Of a DNA stretch of 64,000 nucleotides, positions 57,939 through 64,000 are shown piece after piece (position 1 is the first letter of the stretch; each line of letters begins with the position of its first letter). The DNA comes from an uncultured bacterium. GTDB lineage: Bacteria > Bacillota > Clostridia > Oscillospirales > CAG-272. The translations under genes and the position numbers were made by a program. Location of the stretch: NCBI GenBank assembly GCA_949282345.1, contig CASDOQ010000014.1, forward strand, positions 2,567-66,566, given 5' to 3'. The notes under the pieces were generated by a model. The model was not told where the DNA came from. It worked only from the letters and a program-made list of their open reading frames with translations, and searched no databases.

Positions 57939-59042
57939 ATGTTATCCGAAATGATCTCTGCGCGCGCTATCCCCGAGATCCCCGCCGTGCCGGCAGAGGA
58001 ATGGGAGAAGGTCCGCGCTTCGTACCGCGAGATCCTTTTGCGGGAGGAATACGGTCAGCCGGTTCCCGAGCCCACCGAGGAATGGTTCGAGGAAAAGCCG
58101 ATGGGCTACTATAACCGCGCCTTCTGCGCCGAGAAGGCCAATTACCGCGAGGTCGTGGCGCACACGGTGGTGAACGGCCGGGAGTTCTCCTTCCCCTTCT
58201 ATGCGATCTATCCCGCCGATACGACGAAAAAGTATCCTTTTATCGTGAATCAAGAATTCCAGCCCGGACTTTTCCCGAAATGCACGCCGACCGAAGAAAT
58301 CATGGATAACGGCTTTGCCATGTTTTTGCTCTGTTACAAGGACGTGGCGACCGACGACGAAGCGCGCGACTTCACCGCCGGTCTTGCCGGGCTTGTGACC
58401 CCGCCCGGAGAACGGAAGGGCGACGCCACCGGCAAACTCTGTATGTGGGCCTGGGCCAACAGCCGGGTGCTTGATTACGCCCTGCAACAGCCCTATGTCA
58501 TCCCCGAGTCGGCCGCCGTCATCGGACTTTCGCGCCTCGGAAAGACGGCGCTCCTCACCGGGATGTTAGACGAGCGTTTCCGCTTTGTCATTTCTTCCGG
58601 GGCCGGATGCAGCGGGGACGCGCTGGCCGCCGGCTCGACCGGGGAGACGATCAAGTGGATCACGGATCCTACCCGGGAGACTCCCGCGTGGTTCTGCCCG
58701 AATTATTATCGGTATGCCGAAGAGCTCCCGAAGGAATTCGACCAGCATATGCTGCTCGCCACGATCGCACCGCGCACGCTGATCCTCGGCGCGGCCGCAA
58801 AAGACCGGGGGGCCGATCCGCTTTCGCAGTTCCTTTCGGGTTACGCGGCTTCCCGGGCGTGGGAAAACCTCGGCCTGCGCGGGCTGGTCTGCCCCGACAG
58901 AGAGCCGCAGATCGGCGATAACTTTGACGAGGGCGGCGTCTGCTATCATCTGCGCGCCGGCGGGCATTACCAGAACCGGCTTGACTGGCATATCTACCTC
59001 GCCACCATCCGCAAAAAACTCGGGCTCCCGGATCCCGCATAA
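57939..59042 (+). CDS. glucuronoyl esterase-like (CE15-like) alpha/beta hydrolase, no signal peptide
   Basis: 367 aa from ATG 57939 (SD gggaggaatttATG). GLSRLGKTAL fits the CE15 nucleophile motif G-x-S-R-x-G-K. Confidence 0.7.
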   Translation: MLSEMISARAIPEIPAVPAEEWEKVRASYREILLREEYGQPVPEPTEEWFEEKPMGYYNRAFCAEKANYREVVAHTVVNGREFSFPFYAIYPADTTKKYPFIVNQEFQPGLFPKCTPTEEIMDNGFAMFLLCYKDVATDDEARDFTAGLAGLVTPPGERKGDATGKLCMWAWANSRVLDYALQQPYVIPESAAVIGLSRLGKTALLTGMLDERFRFVISSGAGCSGDALAAGSTGETIKWITDPTRETPAWFCPNYYRYAEELPKEFDQHMLLATIAPRTLILGAAAKDRGADPLSQFLSGYAASRAWENLGLRGLVCPDREPQIGDNFDEGGVCYHLRAGGHYQNRLDWHIYLATIRKKLGLPDPA

Positions 59043-59075
59043 GCGGCCGGCACTTCCCCGTAAAAAGAAAAGGAC

Positions 59076-59116
59076 CGTCTCCCTGCCGGATCCGGCAGGC
59101 GGACAGCCCTTTTTTG
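59076..59116 (+). terminator. probable Rho-independent terminator
   Basis: Palindrome ctgccgga/tccggcag within a longer imperfect stem, followed by cccttttttg. Confidence 0.55.
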
Positions 59117-59117
59117 T

Positions 59118-59170
59118 TGCGCCTGAGGGCGCGATGGTGGCGGTTTCCTTTGCGCCCGAGGGCGCGATGG
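59118..59170. repeat. 20-bp direct repeat, 33-bp period
   Basis: tgcgcctgagggcgcgatgg (59118-59137) / tgcgcccgagggcgcgatgg (59151-59170). Confidence 0.9.
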
Positions 59171-59185
59171 CGGGCGATCGGGCAT

Positions 59186-59221
59186 GGAGAAATTTCGCGG
59201 ACAGGAGAAATTTCGCGGACA
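59186..59221. repeat. 18-bp perfect tandem duplication
   Basis: ggagaaatttcgcggaca x2. Confidence 0.95.
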
Positions 59222-59274
59222 GGCCCTCCGCGGGCGCCTTTTTCCGGCGTTTTCGCGTCGGGCTTGTTTTTTCG

Positions 59275-59324
59275 GTCAGATCGCGCCCGAAAAGATCGGG
59301 TCAGATCGCGCCCGAAAAGATCAG
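59275..59324. repeat. 25-bp tandem duplication that includes the 3' end and stop codon of the HAD gene
   Basis: gtcagatcgcgcccgaaaagatcgg (59275-59299) / gtcagatcgcgcccgaaaagatcag (59300-59324). The second copy encodes ...LIFSGAI* of the gene at 59301..60107. Confidence 0.95.
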
Positions 59325-60107
59325 AGAGAGCGCCTCCGCCACGGCGCCGTTCCGGCAATGGCAGACCCGGCGGTGGCAGATCGCCTTTACGACGGGGGAG
59401 GCGTTTTCCGGGCAGATCGCCACGTCGGCGGCGCGGAGCATTTCGAGGTCGTTATCGTAGTCCCCGATGCAGAAAACACGGGGCGATCCGATCCCCTCCT
59501 TCCGCAGTTTTTCGCGCAGGTAGGCGAGCTGGAGAGCTTTGGAGACTCCGCCCGGCAGGATGTCCAGTATGGCTTTTTCCGATCGGACGAAGCGGTATTG
59601 CGGAAATTCGGCGGACAGGCGCGGGATCAGCGCGGCGGTGTGATCGGCGGTCTCGGGGTTCAGGAATCCGATGATCTTGAAAAGACCGCCCGCGTGCCCC
59701 ACGTCATAGCAGAGGACGCCGCCCTCCTCCGGGGCGATGGGGGCGGGTTCGGGTTCTCCGAGATAGCGATTCCACCGCCGGAAGGGATGTCCGGAAAGTT
59801 CGGAAAGGCGGCGGGGGAACAGATCAAGGCCGTCGGCGGCCAGATAGCAGGGGTTCTCCAGACGGCCAATCCGGTAATCGTAGCAATACGCGCCGTTCGA
59901 AACGATGCAGGGGAGCGAGACGAGGTCGCGGATCTTCGGGAAAACGTCGGCGAGGTCGCGGTGGCTCCGTCCCGAGGCAAAGGCGAAGTGCCCGCCCCGG
60001 CGGATGAATTCCCGGACGGCTTCGATGTTTTGCGGGAGGGGGTGCCGATCGGCGTCGACGAAGGTGCCGTCGAGATCGGATAAGAAGATCAGATCATTAC
60101 AATCCAT
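59301..60107 (-). CDS. Cof-type HAD-IIB family hydrolase
   Basis: Motif I FLSDLDGTF, motif IV GDYDNDLEM, SD caaggagaaaccctATG. Confidence 0.85.
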   Translation of the reverse strand: MDCNDLIFLSDLDGTFVDADRHPLPQNIEAVREFIRRGGHFAFASGRSHRDLADVFPKIRDLVSLPCIVSNGAYCYDYRIGRLENPCYLAADGLDLFPRRLSELSGHPFRRWNRYLGEPEPAPIAPEEGGVLCYDVGHAGGLFKIIGFLNPETADHTAALIPRLSAEFPQYRFVRSEKAILDILPGGVSKALQLAYLREKLRKEGIGSPRVFCIGDYDNDLEMLRAADVAICPENASPVVKAICHRRVCHCRNGAVAEALSLIFSGAI

Positions 60108-60306
60108 AGGGTTTCTCCTTGCGCCGGTTTTTGGAGGCGCGGATTTTTTATCACATCGGCTCGGCGCGTGGCGTTCCGCACTGTACGGTACGCCGTATTT
60201 TTCTTAATGAAACGCCGCCTTTTTTTTAGAATAGAAACGGGCTGTCTCCCCTGCGCTCCGCCGGCATTTTTGAGACGGCCTTTTCGGATCCTTCTCCCCC
60301 GCGCTT

Positions 60307-61287
60307 TTATCCTTCCGACGAGAGGGAGTTGGCATAAGCGGTAAGGATCTGCCGGATGTGGTCGTAACTTTCCGCCGTATGGACGGCAGCCCGGAAAGCC
60401 GCCGAGCCGGGAAGCCCCGAAAAACAGCAGGCGATCTGCTTGCGCGCTTCGCGCACGGCGATCTTCTCGCCTTTTTCCCGCACGGCGAGCGAAAGCTGTG
60501 TGAGGACGGCCGCGGCGCGTTCCCCGGGCGTTGGCGGGATGACGGGCTCCCCGCGCAGGGCGGCGGCAAGGCCCGAAAAAAGGAGGGGGTTGCCGATGGC
60601 CGCCCGGGCGACCATAATGCCTGCAACGCCGCTTTCGCGCATCCGGCGGCAAGCCTCCTCCGGCGTGCGGATATCCCCGTTCCCGATGATCGGAAGGGGG
60701 GCGCTTTCGCAGAGGGCGGCGATCGCTTCCCAGTCTGCCGTGCCGCTGTACATCTCGGCGCGGGTGCGACCGTGGACGAACAAAAGCGAGACGCCCGCTT
60801 CCCCGAGCGCCGCCGCCACTTCCGCCGCGTTTTTGTGCGCGGCATCCCATCCGAGGCGGATCTTGGCGGTCAGCGGTAAGTCGGGCGGCAGGGCGCGGCG
60901 CACGGCCGAGGCCACGTCGTAACAGCGGGCGGGGTCACGGAGCAGGGCGCTCCCTTCCCCGTTCCCGGCTACTTTGGGGACGGGACAGCCCATATTGATG
61001 TCAATGGCGATCGGAGGCCGGCCCGGAGGGGATTCGGCAAGGCGGGCGGCCGCCTCTGCCACAACGGCGGGCTCAGAGCCGAAAAGTTGCAGAGCGACCG
61101 GCCCCTCTTCCGGCCGGATATGCGCCAGCGAAAAGGTTTTCCTGTCCCGATAAACGACGGCTTTGGCAGAGATCATTTCACTGACCGAGGCTTCCGCGCC
61201 CGCCGCGTGGCAGACCTGCCGCATGGCGGAATCGGTATAACCCGCCATCGGGCCGAGCCAGAGACGGTAGGGTACGGCGGGAGGCAT
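60307..61287 (-). CDS. dus: tRNA dihydrouridine synthase
   Basis: LGPMAGYTD, INMGCP, and the FVHGRT motif. Its ATG overlaps the upstream stop (TGATG). Confidence 0.9.
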   Translation of the reverse strand: MPPAVPYRLWLGPMAGYTDSAMRQVCHAAGAEASVSEMISAKAVVYRDRKTFSLAHIRPEEGPVALQLFGSEPAVVAEAAARLAESPPGRPPIAIDINMGCPVPKVAGNGEGSALLRDPARCYDVASAVRRALPPDLPLTAKIRLGWDAAHKNAAEVAAALGEAGVSLLFVHGRTRAEMYSGTADWEAIAALCESAPLPIIGNGDIRTPEEACRRMRESGVAGIMVARAAIGNPLLFSGLAAALRGEPVIPPTPGERAAAVLTQLSLAVREKGEKIAVREARKQIACCFSGLPGSAAFRAAVHTAESYDHIRQILTAYANSLSSEG

Positions 61288-61823
61288 CAGTGCGAAAGAT
61301 TGGGCGAGAAAACCACCCGCGTGTTGTAGTGTTGCATCATTTTGATCAGCTTTGTGGCACCTTCAAAGAGGACAAGCGTCCGCTTCCCGTCGGGAGCCCG
61401 GTACACGAGCAGGTAGGAATCCGGGCTTTTTTTCGTTCCGCGCATATCGATCACGGCGTCATAGTCCTCTGCGCGGATCGCATCGGTCAGAGGCTCTGCT
61501 GTTTCGGCTTCTTTGACGGTTAATGCAAAGAGTTCTTTACGTTTTTTGTTATTATACAGGCGGGAGAAATGCAGGACTCCGCACTCAAGCTGATAGTCGA
61601 TATCGTAGCAGAGGAGGCGTTTTGCCGTGGCGATACCGCAAAGCAGAAAGATCGGCACGACCGTGATCAGCCCCGGCATTTTCACGGGGATGGTGACGAG
61701 CAGGCAAAAGCCGACCGAAACGACGGTAAGCCCCGCGGCCGTGAGAAGGCGGTACAGGAGGTTTTTCCCTTCCGCCCGCTTTTTTACGCCGTACGAGGCA
61801 CTGTTGAAACTGCTTTCATCCAT
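61287..61823 (-). CDS. hypothetical membrane protein (two TM helices plus a PH-like C-terminal domain?)
   Basis: 178 aa. SD gggagaaaagaatcATG lies inside the end of the upstream gene (8-nt overlap). Confidence 0.65.
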   Translation of the reverse strand: MDESSFNSASYGVKKRAEGKNLLYRLLTAAGLTVVSVGFCLLVTIPVKMPGLITVVPIFLLCGIATAKRLLCYDIDYQLECGVLHFSRLYNNKKRKELFALTVKEAETAEPLTDAIRAEDYDAVIDMRGTKKSPDSYLLVYRAPDGKRTLVLFEGATKLIKMMQHYNTRVVFSPNLSH

Positions 61824-62907
61824 GATTCTTTTCTCCCATCAAGATTTTTTTGAGGATCGGTGCGAGGGTCTGCGCCATGGCAAAGGAGCCGAGGTCGTTC
61901 GGATGGCCGCAGTCGACCGTCCCGTCCCCGCCGGCGATCCTGGCAAATTCCGCCCCGTTCAAGAACCAGACCTTGCGATCCCCGCGTGCCAGCGCGTTGC
62001 GGTAGGTGCGCTCGATCACCGCGACGTTTTTTCCGCCTCCGCGCCCCTTTCCGATGTGGGAGAACCACGGCGCGGTCACAAAGAGGACCGGGGTGTCGGG
62101 CTGTGCGGCACGGAAGCGGAGGAAGAACGCCTCGTGCCGTTCTTCGAGTTCCTCGGTACTTCCGTTATGGTCGTAGTCCATGATGAAGGCGCTCTGGGGA
62201 AGCGCGGCGATATGATCGGCCATCGCCTCTTCCCCGTGGGCGCTCCCTCCGAAGCCGAGATTGATATGGTCGCAGTCGACCAACCGGGAGAGCATATTGG
62301 TGTAGGTGTTGCCGGGGCGGGAGACGCACGCCCCTTCCGTGATCGAGGAGCCGTAGATCACGACCGGCAGATCGTATTTGTACCGGCGCGGAGGCTCGAT
62401 GACCGCTTCGACCGGCAGGGAGAGACGAAGATCCAGCACGGTGTTGTAGGGCGGGAAATGCAGGCAGTAGTCGCGCATCCCGCCGGGGAGCTGCATCAAG
62501 GGCGTTTCGAGGATCCGGGTGGTCTCGTTTTCCGGAATGACCGTATGGATATGGTACCAGCCATATCCTTCTTCATACGCGTAGAGGTCGAATCCCGTGG
62601 TTCCCGTCAGGGGCATATGCGGCAGATGCGCGACTTCTCCGTAGTCCACGGTGAGCGAAAGATTGCGGGCATCGGTGCGGAAAAGGAGACGGCCTCCGGA
62701 CGTATAGGTGCTGAGAAAGGCGACCCCGGGCGAGACGGCTTCCCGCCGGGCACGGGGCATCCGGACGTATTTTCCGCTCTCTTCTTCATACCATATACCG
62801 CGGAGAGAAAAACGCGGGTCGCGGGCGTCGTAGAAGCGGCGGCCGTCGCTTCCGGCCTTTTTCCCTATCGCAAAATTCTTATCGAGTTCTTCGATCTTTT
62901 GTGCCAT
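61816..62907 (-). CDS. SGNH/GDSL-family hydrolase (esterase)
   Basis: Block I VIYGSSITEG, block V DCGHPND, an N-terminal beta-sandwich-like domain, no signal peptide. Confidence 0.8.
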   Translation of the reverse strand: MAQKIEELDKNFAIGKKAGSDGRRFYDARDPRFSLRGIWYEEESGKYVRMPRARREAVSPGVAFLSTYTSGGRLLFRTDARNLSLTVDYGEVAHLPHMPLTGTTGFDLYAYEEGYGWYHIHTVIPENETTRILETPLMQLPGGMRDYCLHFPPYNTVLDLRLSLPVEAVIEPPRRYKYDLPVVIYGSSITEGACVSRPGNTYTNMLSRLVDCDHINLGFGGSAHGEEAMADHIAALPQSAFIMDYDHNGSTEELEERHEAFFLRFRAAQPDTPVLFVTAPWFSHIGKGRGGGKNVAVIERTYRNALARGDRKVWFLNGAEFARIAGGDGTVDCGHPNDLGSFAMAQTLAPILKKILMGEKNHG

Positions 62908-63158
62908 GATCTGTTCCTTCAGCCTTATTTTATAACGGGGCTTTCTTTTTTTCTCGGAATCATGTATAATAATGTTGTTGGGTTTTGACCAATACCATGA
63001 TAAACAAAATCCGGCGTAAAGTCAAGCCGTTTCCTAAAAAAACCGCGGCAAGCACCCGCCGGATCCGAAAACGCGGAGTCGAACCCGGAAGCGTGGCGAC
63101 GGGAAGTGAAAAACGGCTCTGTCCCGAGGAAAAACAGGCGGCCCGAAAGCCGGTGGAT

Positions 63159-63383
63159 GAGCCGGAAAGTACAATCGGGCGGGCGAGCCGGAAAGTGGTC
63201 GTGCCGAAAACGAGTGGAAAAGACCGGGAAAAAACACGGCCGCTCGGCAACCGGGAAAGCGGTCGGTCTGGAAAGACCGGCGCGGAGCCGAAAATGCATC
63301 GCAGAAGAGAAGACCGGCGCGGAGCCGGAGGTCTATCGGAACAGAAAGATCGGAAAAAACCGGCGCGATGCCGAAAACGCATC
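63159..63383. repeat. several short direct repeats in a purine-rich spacer
   Basis: gagccggaaagt at 63159-63170 and 63185-63196. agaccggcgcggagccg at 63274-63290 and 63311-63327. A related accggcgcgatgccgaaaacgcatc lies near 63358. Confidence 0.85.
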
Positions 63384-63447
63384 ATAAAAAAACGCAAAAG
63401 CGGGCGAAAAGCCCAAAAAGGCGCGGCCGCGCGCGGTGGAGGATAAA

Positions 63448-64000
63448 ATGAAAAGGAAGGAAAGATTGCCGGAACTGCTGGCTCCGGCCGGAAGCCGGGA
63501 GGCGCTGTACGCGGCGGTGTCGGCCGGGGCGGACGCCGTGTATCTCGGCGGTCGCTTCAACGCCCGCGCCTATGCAAAGAATTTTGACGATGCCGCGCTT
63601 TTCGACGCTGTGGCCTATGCCCACGCTTTCGGTGTGCGGGTCTATGTGACCCTCAATACGCTTTTATACGACCGGGAGATGCAGGATTTCCTTTCCTATG
63701 CCGGGGTGGTGCGGGAGTGTGGAGCGGATGCGGCCATCGTGGCGGATGCCGGAGCGATGCGACTTTTGCATGAAGAGCTGCCCGGACTGGAACTGCACGC
63801 CTCCACGCAGGCCTTCGTCCATTCGACAGCGGGCGCCGATGTTTATGCCGCTCTGGGGTGCCGTCGCGTGGTGCTGGCACGTGAGATGACGGGCGAGGGG
63901 ATCGCCGCTGTGACGGCTGCCTGCCGTGCCGAGACCGAGGTCTTTCTGCACGGGGCGCTCTGCGTTTGCCATTCCGGGCAGTGTCTCTTTTCCTCGCTGG
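63448..64000 (+). CDS. peptidase U32 family protein (partial; continues past the window)
   Basis: ATG 63448 with SD ggtggaggataaaATG. ELLAPAGS..ALYAAVSAGADAVYLGG..FNARAYA.NF and EVFLHGALCVCHSGQC match U32 N-terminal blocks. It is absent from the ORF track because no stop falls in the window. Confidence 0.85.
   Translation, partial: MKRKERLPELLAPAGSREALYAAVSAGADAVYLGGRFNARAYAKNFDDAALFDAVAYAHAFGVRVYVTLNTLLYDREMQDFLSYAGVVRECGADAAIVADAGAMRLLHEELPGLELHASTQAFVHSTAGADVYAALGCRRVVLAREMTGEGIAAVTAACRAETEVFLHGALCVCHSGQCLFSSL

Noticed and set aside
62985-63446. 153-aa very basic ORF upstream of the U32 gene.
   Set aside because: It has a TTG start without an SD, and its composition simply mirrors the purine-rich DNA (K/R/G/E). 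It is treated as non-coding leader or spacer.

Overview
This is a high-GC (about 60-65% by eye) Firmicutes/Clostridia-like chromosomal segment with canonical sigma-70 promoters (TTGACA-17-TATAAT) and AGGAGG ribosome-binding sites. I call 47 protein-coding genes (plus a 16-codon partial CDS at the left window edge), densely packed and often translationally coupled through ATGA/GTGA/TGATG overlaps.

Gene content:
- Housekeeping: ileS, recA-recX, miaA, galK, rnhA, pepT, mscL, dus.
- Three ABC systems: an exporter paired with DUF1854; an ABC-2/GldG x2/DUF4340 operon; and a MarR-controlled pair of half-transporter exporters.
- Carbohydrate-active enzymes that mostly lack signal peptides: GH2-like, clan GH-D alpha-galactosidase-like, CE15-like, SGNH, GT4, and two very large paralogous parallel beta-helix proteins.

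I saw no rRNA, tRNA, CRISPR array, transposase, integrase or phage genes.

Findings worth a second look:
1. A CxxC-rich protein is translationally coupled to a membrane-spanning SbcC/YhaN-like ATPase, and no nuclease partner is present.
2. The two roughly 1000-aa beta-helix paralogs differ in location: one is a lipoprotein and one looks cytoplasmic.
3. RNase HI sits between two membrane-anchored trigger-factor-like proteins at the end of the ABC-2/GldG operon.
4. Intergenic spacers are repeatedly T-poor and purine-rich on the + strand and carry short tandem duplications of 13-37 bp (one of about 122 bp). These include a 16-bp x 6.5 array inside a roughly 790-bp tract with no convincing gene, and two duplications that copy the 3' end of a gene.
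5. A decayed TM2-domain gene lies downstream of recX.

The many long ORFs antisense to real genes are treated as high-GC artefacts. All family assignments rest on motifs read by eye, and no database search was run.
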